A DNA stretch of 64,000 nucleotides from a bacterium (GTDB lineage Bacteria; UBA8248): the NCBI GenBank assembly GCA_965219955.1, contig OZ244799.1, positions 2,464,001 to 2,528,000 of the forward strand, read 5' to 3'. Numbering within the stretch: the stretch's first letter is position 1; the number at the start of each line of letters is the position of its first letter. Of the stretch, positions 1-10,637 are shown one piece after another. The position numbers and the translations under genes are program-made. The notes below the pieces were generated by a model, which did not search any database, was not told where the DNA came from, and saw only the letters and a list, made by a program, of their open reading frames with translations.

Positions 1-518
1 AGCAGGTACGAGAAGAATTTGAAGATAATGTGGATAAGGTTCAAGAAGGCGCCGAAAAAGCGATGATGAAACTTCGCGATCAGATTAACAAAGTCAACGG
101 CCTGGTGACTTTGCATGGCGCGTCGGGCTCGATCAATCTAAATCATTGGAAAGATCATGAAGTCCGATGCCACGAAGTGGCAAACCGCTGGCTGCAAATC
201 GGCCACTTAGTCCCTCGAACCGAGCAAATCATTTCACGCGCTTATTTTCGGTCCACTAAGGCAATACCACCGGCTCGAAGCGGGAAAGATTCCATAAAAG
301 ACTGTGTAATCCTGGAAACCTACCTCGCTCGAGTTCGCGAACTCAGACAAGACTGTCTAACGGCCCCGATTGTGTTCATATCATCCAATACCAGAGACTA
401 TGCGGAACTTTCCGAGGAAGAGGCTGAAGTCCGGAACGATATCAAGGACGAATTCGAGTCTCTGGAGTTAGAATACGCCCCCAACATGGCGGCCGCCAAA
501 CACTTCCTGAAACTTTAG
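1..518 (+). CDS. PIN-like domain protein (DUF4935-like), 5'-truncated by the window edge
   Basis: The frame of ORF 30..518 is open back to base 3. Acidic PIN-type motifs 'KDSIKDCVILETYL' and 'VFISSNTRDY'. Confidence 0.6.
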   Translation, partial: QVREEFEDNVDKVQEGAEKAMMKLRDQINKVNGLVTLHGASGSINLNHWKDHEVRCHEVANRWLQIGHLVPRTEQIISRAYFRSTKAIPPARSGKDSIKDCVILETYLARVRELRQDCLTAPIVFISSNTRDYAELSEEEAEVRNDIKDEFESLELEYAPNMAAAKHFLKL

Positions 519-522
519 TCCG

Positions 523-1137
523 TTATTTTCGGAATATATCGAAAACGGACGTGAATGTTCAGGAATTTAAGTGAAACTCCCGTAGACCCGCGTCGTGCTA
601 TCGGACGACCTCCTTCAAAGTCGAACTCTCCCGTAACAATCTCGTTTCACCCGTCAGGACAGGCACGGGGGCCCATCCCTGCAAACCGCGATCCTACCCT
701 CCCGAAATCCGCCCGCAATTCCCCGCAATTGCCGTACGTCCCGGAATCCGGCTGTGCGCTATCGTGCGCGCGGCGCGGGAAAGGGATTTTCCTCGCACCG
801 GATGGAGTCGATACGAAAGGACGGGAGGTTTCCCATGAAGCCGAATGAGGGGTCGGGAGCAGAGGCGGCGAGTTCTTCTCCCCGCGCGGAATCGAAACGC
901 GCCGGGACAAGGAGGCGCTCCCACAGAAACAAGGACAACGGAAAATGGAAATAATGATATTTTCGATAAAATTGGATAAATTCACGGGGTTTTTCGATAA
1001 ATTCCTGAAAATTATTTCTCTTGTAACTGTTTGTAATACAATGATTTGCCATCGAATATCAGCGTTCCGCACCCCGATTCGGCGGCAAAAAAAGTTATTG
1101 GAACCCGCGCATTTGCCCGCAACCCCCCGCATTTGCG
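523..1137. repeat. Non-coding repeat region with AT-rich and GC-rich ~10-bp periodic motifs; related to 39036-39438
   Basis: 941-1003 matches the reverse complement of 39158-39220 at 52/63 (hand count), including a 29-nt exact run. 523-560 is an imperfect inverted copy of 978-1016. CCCGCAWTTGC-like motifs occur at ~706-735 and ~1104-1137. Confidence 0.75.
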
Positions 1138-1330
1138 CACGAGGGCGAGATGCCGGGAGAGGCTCCCAGAAACCACTCGTATGGTTCATGGAGACGCGGA
1201 CGTCTCCTCCGAGCCGCCCAAATTCACCGCATGGCCTCATCCGCCACAAACGATGTATAATCCCGCCACCGCACCGGCCGCCTGGTGCCGATCGTTTTTT
1301 CATTCCATTTTTCAAAACCAGGAGACCGTC

Positions 1331-2218
1331 ATGGAGCGCAGACAAGCGAGTGATTTCGACCAGGAACTGCTGGATCTCTTCGACGAGTACGTGCACGGCG
1401 TCATCGAGCGCAGGGAGTTTCTCGACAAGGCGGCCAAGTTCGCCGTGGGCGGCCTCACCGCCGCCGCCCTGCTCGACATGCTCTCGCCGGACTACGCGCT
1501 GGCGAAACAGGTCGACGAGAACGACGCGCGCATCAAGGGGAAAACGATTGAGTATTCCTCGCCCAGGGGGCACGGCAAGATCAAGGGCTATCTCGTGCGG
1601 CCCGCGGGCGGGGGCAGGCGCGGCGGCGTGGTCGTCGTGCACGAGAACAGGGGGCTCAACCCCTATATCGCCGACGTGGCCCGGCGCGTGGCCGTCGCCG
1701 GCTTCACCGCGCTCGCGCCCGACGGCCTCACCCCGCTTGGCGGATACCCCGGCAACGACCCCGACGGCAAGGTCATGCAGCGAAAGCTGGACAAGGCGAA
1801 GCTGCTTCAGGATTTCTTCGCCGCCTTCGATCACCTGAAAGCCGACGCGAGCGCGAACGGAAAAGTGGGCGTGGTGGGCTTTTGCTACGGGGGCGGCGTC
1901 TCGAACGCCATGGCCGTCCACAAGCCGGACCTGGCCGCCTCGGTTCCCTTCTACGGCCGCCAGCCAAAGACCGAAGCCGAGGTCGCCGGAATCAAGGCGC
2001 CCCTGCTGCTCCACTTCGGCGAATTCGATAAGCGCATCAACAAGGGCTGGCCCGCCTATGAGGCCGCGCTCAAGAAACACGGCAAGGAATACACCGCGCA
2101 CTTCTATCCCAAGGCCAACCACGGCTTTCACAACGACACCACGCCGCGCTACGACAAGGCCGCGGCCGAACTCGCCTGGAAGCGCACGATAGACTTTTTC
2201 CGGGCGAAGCTGGGGTAG
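1331..2218 (+). CDS. Dienelactone hydrolase family protein (YghX-like) with twin-arginine signal
   Basis: AGGAG RBS before ATG 1331. TAT-like 'ERREFL'; 'HENRGL', nucleophile 'GFCYGG' and 'HGFHND' motifs. Confidence 0.9.
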   Translation: MERRQASDFDQELLDLFDEYVHGVIERREFLDKAAKFAVGGLTAAALLDMLSPDYALAKQVDENDARIKGKTIEYSSPRGHGKIKGYLVRPAGGGRRGGVVVVHENRGLNPYIADVARRVAVAGFTALAPDGLTPLGGYPGNDPDGKVMQRKLDKAKLLQDFFAAFDHLKADASANGKVGVVGFCYGGGVSNAMAVHKPDLAASVPFYGRQPKTEAEVAGIKAPLLLHFGEFDKRINKGWPAYEAALKKHGKEYTAHFYPKANHGFHNDTTPRYDKAAAELAWKRTIDFFRAKLG

Positions 2219-2240
2219 ACCGATTGGATTGAGGAAGACA

Positions 2241-2272
2241 GCCTCCCCCGAGAAGGGGGAGGCGCCTTCTTA
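2241..2272 (+). terminator. Probable intrinsic terminator
   Basis: GCCTCCCCC-gagaa-GGGGGAGGC hairpin just after the stop codon; the T-tract is weak. Confidence 0.5.
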
Positions 2273-2321
2273 ATTTTCCCGCAATACAGTTTCCCCCCAC
2301 CCCACCCATCTGACATAATGG

Positions 2322-3152
2322 ATGGCCATGAGGACCCTGTTCGGGCGGACACCGTCTCCGCCCGCCGTTTTCAACGAGACAGGGATTCCAAACCTCATGC
2401 GCGGCCTGCCGGGAAAATTCATCGACTTCAACAAATACATTTCCAGACGTTTTGATGAGATGTTGCCCGAGGAATTCAGGGTGGACGGGCAGGCGCATTT
2501 CAGAGAAGAATTCGTGCCACCCCACATCCCCGAGGGAGCGCTCGTTTACGATGTCGGCGGGGGGCGACGTCCCCTCCTCTCTGCACAGGAGAAAGAGCGG
2601 CGGGGCCTCCGGGTCGTCGGCCTCGACATCGACGGGGGAGAACTCATGCGCGCGCCGCGCGGAGCATACGATGCGACCATCCAGGCCGACATCACCCAAT
2701 ACCAAGGTTGCGAAACCGCCGGCGTGGTGATCTGCCAGGCGCTGCTCGAGCACGTCGCAGACACGAAATCCGCTTTCGCAGGCCTGGCGAGCATATTGAA
2801 AAAGGACGGCGTCGCCCTTTTGTTTACGCCATCGAAAACTTCACTCTACGCGCGGGTGAACCTCCTCCTCCCGGAGAGCCTCAAGCAGAAGCTGCTGAGG
2901 CTTCTCTATCCCGAACTCGCGGAGAGGTCCGGTTTTCCGGGCCGCTATCATCGCTGCACGTTGTCCGAATTCGAAGAAATGGCGCGCGGACAAGGCTTAG
3001 ACGTGGTTCAGAAAAGAGCCTATTACTACAGTGCGTATTTCAGCTTCTTTGCGCCCCTGCACGTTCTCTGGCGGTTGTGGCTTTGGGTTTTCTATCTCAT
3101 CTCGCGCGAGCGGGCGGCCGAGACCTTCAGCCTCGCGCTGCGCAAAATGTGA
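2322..3152 (+). CDS. Class I SAM-dependent methyltransferase
   Basis: 'VYDVGGG' motif I, 'GLDID', 'ALLEHV'. Start could be 2397. Confidence 0.8.
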   Translation: MAMRTLFGRTPSPPAVFNETGIPNLMRGLPGKFIDFNKYISRRFDEMLPEEFRVDGQAHFREEFVPPHIPEGALVYDVGGGRRPLLSAQEKERRGLRVVGLDIDGGELMRAPRGAYDATIQADITQYQGCETAGVVICQALLEHVADTKSAFAGLASILKKDGVALLFTPSKTSLYARVNLLLPESLKQKLLRLLYPELAERSGFPGRYHRCTLSEFEEMARGQGLDVVQKRAYYYSAYFSFFAPLHVLWRLWLWVFYLISRERAAETFSLALRKM

Positions 3153-3203
3153 GGATGGAAACCAGGGCGCGCGAGGTTCATTCATTTCACCTGAGCGGAC
3201 ATC

Positions 3204-5150
3204 ATGTGCGGCGTTGCGGGTTTTCTCTTTACGCATCGGGAGACGGACGACCCCCGGGGCGTCGTCTCGAGGATGGCGGAGAGCCTGCGCCACCGGGGGC
3301 CCGACGACGGGGGAAGCTGGGTCGACGAAGCGGCAGGCGTCGCTCTGGGACACAGGAGGCTCGCCATCATCGATCTGAGCGCAGACGGCCGCCAGCCGAT
3401 GATCTCACGCGGTGAAAGATACGTCCTCTCCTACAACGGGGAAATCTATAATTTCATCGAGCTGCGCGATGAATTGGCGCGCGAGGGGGTACGCTTCAAG
3501 GGCCGCTCGGACACCGAGGTCCTTCTCTCCGCGGTGGAGACCTGGGGACTGGAGGAAACCGTGCGGCGGTTCGTCGGCATGTTCGCCTTCGCCCTTTGGG
3601 ATCGTACGGAGAAAACGCTGCACCTCGCGCGTGATCGCATGGGTGAAAAACCCATCTACTACGGCTGGTGCGGAAAATCCTTTCTGTTCGGTTCGGAACT
3701 CAAATCCCTCCGCGCGCATCCTGATTGGGAAGGTGAAATCTCCGCCGACGCGCTGGCCGCGTACATGAAACTGCGCTGCGTACCCGCTCCACACTCCATC
3801 TACCGGGGAATCCATAAACTGCCGCCCGCCACCATTTTGAGCCTGCGCGCCTCGGACAAGCCAGAACTTCTGGCCGAACCGCGCGTTTACTGGTCCGCAC
3901 AAGATGCCGTGAGGCGCGCATCCACAGAGAGAGAAGCACTCACCGACGATGAGGCGCTTGACCAACTGGAAGAAGTGCTGAAGCGCTCAATACGCCAGAT
4001 GCTGAGGGCGGATACGCCGCTCGGCGCATTTCTCTCGGGCGGGGTCGACTCCTCGACCGTGGCGGCACTGATGAAGGAGGAGAGCGGAGCTCCCGTTCGG
4101 ACGTTTTCCATCGGCTTTCACGAGAAAGGCTATGACGAGGCCCTCCATGCGCGCGAGATGGCCCGCTATCTCGAAACCGAGCATACCCAATTTTACGCCG
4201 GTCCGAGAGAAGCGCTCGAAGTCATTCCGCGCCTGCCCCGGCTCTATGACGAGCCGTTTGCGGATCCGTCCCAGATTCCCACGCACCTGTTGTGCGCCCT
4301 GACGCGCGACCACGTAACGGTCGCCCTCTCGGGCGATGGGGGTGATGAGCTTTTCGGCGGCTACAACCGTTATTTCTGGGCGCCCGGTGTCTCGAGGTGG
4401 AGCAGCCGCTTGCCGGAGCGACTGAGAGCGCGAATCACAAAGACCCTGACGTCGCGGTACCCCACACTGGCGCGATTTTATGAAAAAATATCTCCTCTGC
4501 TGCCCAGGCGCTACAGAGTCGAGATGGCTGGAGAGAAACTCCTCAAGCTGGCGGATCTCTTCGGCGCAGCGAGTCTTGATGAGGTGTACGAGCGCCTGAG
4601 AGCGCACGGCGATGCTTCGGTTTGCCTACCGGGGAATCAAAACGTGGAGAAGAGCTTCGCTACGGAATCCGCTCCAAGATATCTTCATCCCGCCGAAAGG
4701 ATGATGTTCCGCGACATGGTGGAATATCTGCCCGATGATATCCTTGTGAAGGTGGACAGGGCGGGCATGGGAGCGAGTCTCGAGGTGAGAGCACCCTACC
4801 TGGACCACCGGGTCGTGGAGTTCGTCTGGAGTCTCCCGTTGCGGCACAAGCTGCGCGATGGCGGGGGAAAATGGATTTTAAAGCGCTTATTGTCCCGCTA
4901 CGCTCCCGATTCGTTGATTCAAAGGCCCAAAATGGGATTCGCCGTCCCTATCGGCGAGTGGCTGAGAGGGCCTCTCAAGGATTGGGCGGAAGATTTGTTG
5001 AGTGAATCGCGCCTTAGGGGAGAGGGTTATTTTCACACAAAACCCATCCGCCGGATGTGGGAACAGCATGCCTCCGGCGCCAGGGACTGGCAATACTGTC
5101 TTTGGGGCATATTGATGTTTCAATCCTGGCTGGATGAACAAGAGCGATGA
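3204..5150 (+). CDS. asnB: Asparagine synthase (glutamine-hydrolysing), glycan amidotransferase type
   Basis: N-terminal 'MCG', 'HRGPD', 'NGEIYN', 'LSGGVDSS', 'SGDGGDELFGGY'. Confidence 0.92.
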   Translation: MCGVAGFLFTHRETDDPRGVVSRMAESLRHRGPDDGGSWVDEAAGVALGHRRLAIIDLSADGRQPMISRGERYVLSYNGEIYNFIELRDELAREGVRFKGRSDTEVLLSAVETWGLEETVRRFVGMFAFALWDRTEKTLHLARDRMGEKPIYYGWCGKSFLFGSELKSLRAHPDWEGEISADALAAYMKLRCVPAPHSIYRGIHKLPPATILSLRASDKPELLAEPRVYWSAQDAVRRASTEREALTDDEALDQLEEVLKRSIRQMLRADTPLGAFLSGGVDSSTVAALMKEESGAPVRTFSIGFHEKGYDEALHAREMARYLETEHTQFYAGPREALEVIPRLPRLYDEPFADPSQIPTHLLCALTRDHVTVALSGDGGDELFGGYNRYFWAPGVSRWSSRLPERLRARITKTLTSRYPTLARFYEKISPLLPRRYRVEMAGEKLLKLADLFGAASLDEVYERLRAHGDASVCLPGNQNVEKSFATESAPRYLHPAERMMFRDMVEYLPDDILVKVDRAGMGASLEVRAPYLDHRVVEFVWSLPLRHKLRDGGGKWILKRLLSRYAPDSLIQRPKMGFAVPIGEWLRGPLKDWAEDLLSESRLRGEGYFHTKPIRRMWEQHASGARDWQYCLWGILMFQSWLDEQER

Positions 5151-5151
5151 G

Positions 5152-6315
5152 ATGAGTAAAACTTTGCTTTTACTGGATTTAGAGGACAGATACTTCCTGA
5201 GCCACAGGCGCGCGCTGGCGCTGGCGGCCAAGGACGCAGGATATCGCGTCGTCGTATGCGTGAGAATCGGCGGAGAATACATGGAGAGGATTCGCGCGGA
5301 AGGAATCGAATGTCTCGCATTGGGGAGTGAGAACCGGGGAGGGATCAGTTTTTGGAGAGAATGTCTCGTCCTGCTCAAGCTCATTCGCGTTTACCTGAAG
5401 TATCGCCCCCGAATCGCCCACCATTTCGGTGTGAGAAACCTGCTTCACGGCTCGATTGCCGCGCGTCTCGCCAAAACGCCCTTCGTCGTGAACTCGTTCC
5501 TGGGGCTGGGCTCGCTCTTTTCCGAAAACTCGCTGAAGCTGAAAATTCTGAGAAAAATCGTCTTGTGCTCGCTGCGGCGTTTGCACCGGGCGAAAAACAC
5601 CCGCGTTATCGTGCAGAACGACGCCGATAAAGAGATGATTCTCCAAAACGTGCATCCCGATGAATCGCGCCTGAACGTCGTTCGCGGCTCCGGCGTCGAC
5701 GTCCGCTCCTATTATCCAGCGCCGGAGCCCCCGGGCACACTCCTGGCGGTGCTCGCCTCCCGGATGCTCGCGGAAAAAGGGGTGCATGAATTCGTAGAAG
5801 CGGCAGCCCTGCTGAAAAATGAGGGCACGGATATTCGCATGGTGCTGGTGGGAAGCCCGGACCCCAAGAATCCATCTACGATCCCCGAAGGTACGCTATC
5901 CCAATGGGACCGCGAGGGCCAAGTCGAATGGTGGGGCTACAGGGAAGATATGGCCGAAGTTTGGCGAGGCTGCCACATCGCCGTTTTACCGACGTATTAC
6001 AAAGAGGGACTCCCGAGAAGTCTGCTGGAAGCGGCGGCATGCGCCCGCCCGCTTGTGGCAACCGAGGTTCCCGGCTGCCGGGAGGTCCTCAAAGACGGAG
6101 TGAACGGACTTAGCGTCCCGCCTCGTGACGCCAGGAACCTGGCCGACGCCATCGGGAAGCTGGCCCGGGATTCTGGCTTGAGGCGAAGAATGGGCGAGGC
6201 GGGGCGAAGCATAGTGGAAAAGGAGTTTTCCGATGAAATCGTTACTGGAAAAATCCTGGAACTCTATGAGCACCTGAGCGCGACCGGGAAAAATCGTCTG
6301 GAAGAAGAAAACTGA
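5152..6315 (+). CDS. Glycosyltransferase family 4
   Basis: GT-B motifs 'RMLAEKG', 'EGLPRSLLEAAA', 'DGVNGL'. Start 5152 or 5134. Confidence 0.9.
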   Translation: MSKTLLLLDLEDRYFLSHRRALALAAKDAGYRVVVCVRIGGEYMERIRAEGIECLALGSENRGGISFWRECLVLLKLIRVYLKYRPRIAHHFGVRNLLHGSIAARLAKTPFVVNSFLGLGSLFSENSLKLKILRKIVLCSLRRLHRAKNTRVIVQNDADKEMILQNVHPDESRLNVVRGSGVDVRSYYPAPEPPGTLLAVLASRMLAEKGVHEFVEAAALLKNEGTDIRMVLVGSPDPKNPSTIPEGTLSQWDREGQVEWWGYREDMAEVWRGCHIAVLPTYYKEGLPRSLLEAAACARPLVATEVPGCREVLKDGVNGLSVPPRDARNLADAIGKLARDSGLRRRMGEAGRSIVEKEFSDEIVTGKILELYEHLSATGKNRLEEEN

Positions 6316-6371
6316 TCCCCGGGTAGTCTATCGGATGGTAGATGAGGCCTTTCGCCCAATGCGATAACGGA

Positions 6372-7055
6372 CTAGGCCCCATGACCCCGCAGGCGTAATA
6401 AAATGAGCATCGTCAGGAATAGCACCTGCAAGTCCATCCAGAACGAGTAATTCAGAATGTAGTATAAATCGTGCTCCAGCTTTATTCTGTAGTCTTCAAT
6501 CTGGTCGACGTGGCCCTGCCGGATTTGCGCCCACCCCGTGATTCCCGCCGGAACGAGTTCGCGATATTCGAATTCGGGGTAGCGCTTCTTCGCTATCTCC
6601 AGAGTCTTGATGTACTCCGCCCTCGGACCGACGATGCTCATATCCCCCTTGATGACGTTCCAGAGCTGGGGAAATTCATCGAGATGATATCGGCGCAGGA
6701 AACGCCCGAACGGATAGATTCTTGGATCGTTCTCTTTCGTGGACATGGTTCCCTCCGGCTGATCGGCATTCACGCGCATGGTCCTGAATTTATAGAGAGT
6801 GAACAATCTCCCGCCTTGAGTGACACGGGCCTGGGAATAAAATATCGGCCCCTCGCTCACGAGCTTGACCAGGATGGCGATAAGGAGGCCAAACGGGGCA
6901 AACAGGATCAGAGCCGAAATGCCGAATCCCAAATCAAACACGCGCTTGCATAGATGCTGACGATGGCTCAATACCCGCCCGCTCTTCAGGATGGGTAATT
7001 TCCCGCTACCAGAAATGGACTCCAAAGGAACGCGGCCTTCCATGAGAGAACTCAA
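6372..7055 (-). CDS. Bacterial sugar transferase (polyprenyl-phosphate phosphoglycosyl transferase)
   Basis: 'KRVFD', 'KFRTM', 'LDEFPQLWNVIKGDMSIVGPR', 'GITGWAQ'. Confidence 0.92.
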   Translation of the reverse strand: MSSLMEGRVPLESISGSGKLPILKSGRVLSHRQHLCKRVFDLGFGISALILFAPFGLLIAILVKLVSEGPIFYSQARVTQGGRLFTLYKFRTMRVNADQPEGTMSTKENDPRIYPFGRFLRRYHLDEFPQLWNVIKGDMSIVGPRAEYIKTLEIAKKRYPEFEYRELVPAGITGWAQIRQGHVDQIEDYRIKLEHDLYYILNYSFWMDLQVLFLTMLILLRLRGHGA

Positions 7056-7690
7056 GCTATTTCATGAGCGCATGAAGCATGATGCGACGAATGCGAACTC
7101 AAATATCTAGCGATTGCTCTTTTTCGCTTTACATCCAAACTGGATTCCCATATATTCGAATAAATAGCGAAAATAAAACGAAAACACTGCCGCACGACCG
7201 AAACAATATTCATAAGCCACCGCACAGGCGAAAAATACGGCATGGCCTCACACAAGATGATAAAGCGGATGGAAACGAGAAAAGAATCTGGCTGTAAGAC
7301 GAATAGCCGACTCTTTCCGAAGGATTTTGGGGGAAGTTGATGAAATGCGGATTTTCCTTCTATCGCTGAGGGCACTAGCCCACAGTCCTGGTTGTTGGAT
7401 GAGAGGGGTGATGACGAAAACACATGAGCATCGAACCTTCACCAATTTTGGCGCAAAAAGCGAGTCTGAGTCCTCGAGCCTTTGACGGGCTGGTCGGCGT
7501 GCAGACCACCACCCACAGGAAGCGGCTTCACACTTGCTCCGACTTAAAGACAGGCGTCTTGAATTCAGCGAGCAGCCCGTGAATCTACGCGCATGAATTG
7601 TATGCCAAAAAGCATAGTGTGATGAAAAATTAGAGTTGTCAACTTTAAGCGAAGCAAAAGAATTTTGAGGCATATGCGTTTTTATCGATC

Positions 7691-9205
7691 ATGAAGGTGC
7701 GAGATTTTCAGTTCTTTTCAAGAAAGTCTCCGCTTCCTGGAGGCCACTTTCCCTTGATGAATCCTTCCTTCCTGGCTTATGGCGCCATGGCTATCGGCGC
7801 TGCCGCGGTCTTCTGGACGAGCCTGTACAACCTCGGTGGCGCAGGTGCTCTGTTTTTGTTCCTGAACCCGCTCGTGAACATCGAGGTCGCCTTCGGCGAT
7901 ACGAAAAGGAGCATCTCGTACGACAAAACAGCGCTCCTGGCCCTGGCTTCGGGATTCGCGTGGCATGTCCTAAGAAACAGAAAACACGTTCATCTCAAGA
8001 ACAAACCGATTTTCTGCTATATCTGGCTCATCTACATCGTCTGGAGTCTCATTGCGGCATGGCTGAGCGGCGCTCCGTTGAAACAACAATTCTGGGGCCT
8101 CGCCGAAACGATAGCCTATCTCGTCACTTTTCTGGTTTTTCTTGATATATGCGCGGATGAAACCTCGCGTAACGGGATACTGAAAGCCGTCTTATACGGC
8201 GGCGTCATCATGCTGGCAGCCGTCTTCTTCCAGAATCTGGCCTACCAGATCACCTGGAAAATCTGGGGGCCGAACCACAGCTTCGGCGCCGAATTATTGT
8301 ACTCGCCATTTCCCCGGACGTTCTTCCATTCCCGGCCCGGCCCGATTGGGCATCCGAATTTTCTCGCCGCGTATCTGGTTCTATGGACGACGCTCTACCC
8401 GCTGGTTTACCGCACGTTATCAAGCCCGGCGGCGTCTGCCATTCTCGCCGCGCATCTCGTCGTTTTGGCTTCGACGGGCAGCTATGGAGGAGTATTGGGC
8501 TTCGCCATTTGTTTTTCGCTGGTTTTATATCTAACAAAACCATGCCCCGAGGACATGATTTCCAGCCGCATCTCCCGCTCCGGGACACGTTTCCTCAAAC
8601 ACGTTCTTCCCGCTTTTTTGATTCTGTCCATAGGCGCTATCGCCGCCAATGACGAAGACTTCAAAAACCTATCGCTGCTCCCCAGAATCTATATCTATCG
8701 CGTCGGCGGAAAAATGCTCGCAGACCGCCCCCTGGCGGGCCATGGAAACGGCCTTTTCCCCCAGGCGTTTCAGAAAAGCGAGAGAGAGTACATGGATAAC
8801 GAGGGGTTGAAAGCGCCGCCCTGGAGGATAAGGAATTCCAGTCTGGGGAAACCCGACAAGTCCGGGGGCCGTGGAAAAAGTCATTCCAGCAGGAGAGATG
8901 AAAATCTTTCGCCGCTTTCCGCCCATTCCTCTTATCTCAAAGCATTCGTCGAAACAGGCTTTCCGGGGGGCTTTTTGTTCCTGTGCCTGATTGCCGGAGG
9001 ACTCATCGAGGTATTTGTTCATCTGAGGAAAACGGGGCGGCTTTCGATACGCTCACCCGAAGCCTGGGGATGGGCCGCATGCATCGGCGTATGTTTCCAG
9101 GCCGGAGCCGAGAACATTTTTTCGTCGCCCAAAATCTCCGTTCTCTACTGGGCCGTCACGGCGTACTGCCTGACGGCGAAATCCACACGCTCAGAAAATC
9201 CTTAG
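7691..9205 (+). CDS. O-antigen ligase / Wzy_C family membrane protein
   Basis: Many TM segments; 'GHPNFLA', 'STGSYGG', 'RPLAGHGNG', 'AHSSYL..FVETGFPG'. Confidence 0.8.
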   Translation: MKVRDFQFFSRKSPLPGGHFPLMNPSFLAYGAMAIGAAAVFWTSLYNLGGAGALFLFLNPLVNIEVAFGDTKRSISYDKTALLALASGFAWHVLRNRKHVHLKNKPIFCYIWLIYIVWSLIAAWLSGAPLKQQFWGLAETIAYLVTFLVFLDICADETSRNGILKAVLYGGVIMLAAVFFQNLAYQITWKIWGPNHSFGAELLYSPFPRTFFHSRPGPIGHPNFLAAYLVLWTTLYPLVYRTLSSPAASAILAAHLVVLASTGSYGGVLGFAICFSLVLYLTKPCPEDMISSRISRSGTRFLKHVLPAFLILSIGAIAANDEDFKNLSLLPRIYIYRVGGKMLADRPLAGHGNGLFPQAFQKSEREYMDNEGLKAPPWRIRNSSLGKPDKSGGRGKSHSSRRDENLSPLSAHSSYLKAFVETGFPGGFLFLCLIAGGLIEVFVHLRKTGRLSIRSPEAWGWAACIGVCFQAGAENIFSSPKISVLYWAVTAYCLTAKSTRSENP

Positions 9206-10630
9206 CCGCCTCTGCATGGCTTCGTGATAAAGATAACGGAGAAAACAAAACAGGATGGCGAAAAGCCAGTAGGGATAAAAATGCGCCGTCGTGGAAACGC
9301 CGACGAACAGGGCGACGACAGTGGAGAAGATGACGGCGAAAGGCATCATGAGGCGGCGTGAATCTTCATGTATCGGCAAGCGCATGATTCTGAAAAAATA
9401 CATCCCCCCTGTTGCGAGCATGACTATCAGCATAACGAGACCCAGCAATCCCAAATCCGCGATAAAATTCATCGGCAGGCTGTGCAGGGAAACCGGCGCG
9501 CTCTTTCTCGGGTTTTCCTGAAACAAATCCGAAGTCGACCATCCCCGGATACCCGATTCATACCGGGTGATGTCGCCATAAAAATACCCGGAAAACGTGG
9601 CCGGCGTATCTTTGGAGTATCCATACAAGAATCCCTGCCGCGGCCCGCCCCCCAGGAAAGGCCGCGCAACAAGCACGTCAACCGCCCGCGCGCACTGAAA
9701 GAGCCGCTCCTTGGCGCTCATCGAGAGATTCGATGCCTCAAGGAATTCTCCCCGCACCTTCGTACCCACCATCACCGAGACGCCGATGCACGCGAAGAAA
9801 ACCGATGCCGTGAGACAGGAAACGAAAAAAGACTTCAGCTTCTCCTTTGCGCCGGGGCATCTTCTGAACTTCATGAAGAAGAGAATCAAGAGGCATGCGC
9901 CCAGGAAGAGCGCGAAAATCGGAACCCTGCGCCATGTGGAAAACACCAGGAGAATTCCGGCAAGCGACGCGAACAGATAAAACCAGCCGCCTCTTCTCCA
10001 TGAGAAGTAAAAGGCGATTCCCGCCAGTATCAGCCCGAGTCTGCTGGCGACGATGTGGTGCCGGGTGAACATGCCAAGAAAAAACCGCCCCTCGTGATTG
10101 AGCGAATACGGATTGGGAATGCGCAAATAATAGAACAGAATGCTCTCGATACCGATCGCAAAGGCGACCCAGAACACACCCCCGAGCGCACCTTCGAACT
10201 CTTCTCTCCCCCACCGGTTGTGATGAACCAGATACCATACGAGCATGCCGTCGGCGTAGGGCACGGCGTCGGCCAGGAGCCAATAGAAGGGAACCGACGT
10301 CTTGATGGGGTCATCCTGAACATAGCCGTTGACCATCCCCGCCCAGAATATCACCCAGAACCAAAGGGCGGCGACGGCAAACCCCGGCGTCGGTTTTCTC
10401 GCCCCGAACTGAATGACTTCTACCGCCCACGCGACGCACAGCAAAACGAAAAGGAACACGTAGACCTTATACGGGCCCGCGAATTGGCCCGGGAAATACG
10501 AAACGCGCTCCCACGGGATGAGAAAATATACCGCATGCAGACGAATGACCGCGTTGGTGAGTCGATGAGTAGAGGCACCCTTTTCTACTGGAGGAGGAGG
10601 GGCATTCGACGCTGCGCGATCCACGCTCAC
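9191..10630 (-). CDS. O-antigen ligase / polymerase family membrane protein
   Basis: Many TM segments; 'STWRR', 'ER..', 'RPFLGGG', 'LHSLPMNFIADLGLLG'. Confidence 0.75.
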   Translation of the reverse strand: MSVDRAASNAPPPPVEKGASTHRLTNAVIRLHAVYFLIPWERVSYFPGQFAGPYKVYVFLFVLLCVAWAVEVIQFGARKPTPGFAVAALWFWVIFWAGMVNGYVQDDPIKTSVPFYWLLADAVPYADGMLVWYLVHHNRWGREEFEGALGGVFWVAFAIGIESILFYYLRIPNPYSLNHEGRFFLGMFTRHHIVASRLGLILAGIAFYFSWRRGGWFYLFASLAGILLVFSTWRRVPIFALFLGACLLILFFMKFRRCPGAKEKLKSFFVSCLTASVFFACIGVSVMVGTKVRGEFLEASNLSMSAKERLFQCARAVDVLVARPFLGGGPRQGFLYGYSKDTPATFSGYFYGDITRYESGIRGWSTSDLFQENPRKSAPVSLHSLPMNFIADLGLLGLVMLIVMLATGGMYFFRIMRLPIHEDSRRLMMPFAVIFSTVVALFVGVSTTAHFYPYWLFAILFCFLRYLYHEAMQRRLRIF

Positions 10631-10637
10631 GGAAAAC

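Noticed and set aside
523-1137. CRISPR array
   Set aside because: Repeats are short, degenerate and lack regular unique spacers; no cas genes.
647-2131. Long antisense ORFs (also 40651..41997, 49622..50764, 50965..52371, 61545..63491)
   Set aside because: They lie opposite well-supported genes in high-GC DNA and have no recognisable motifs.
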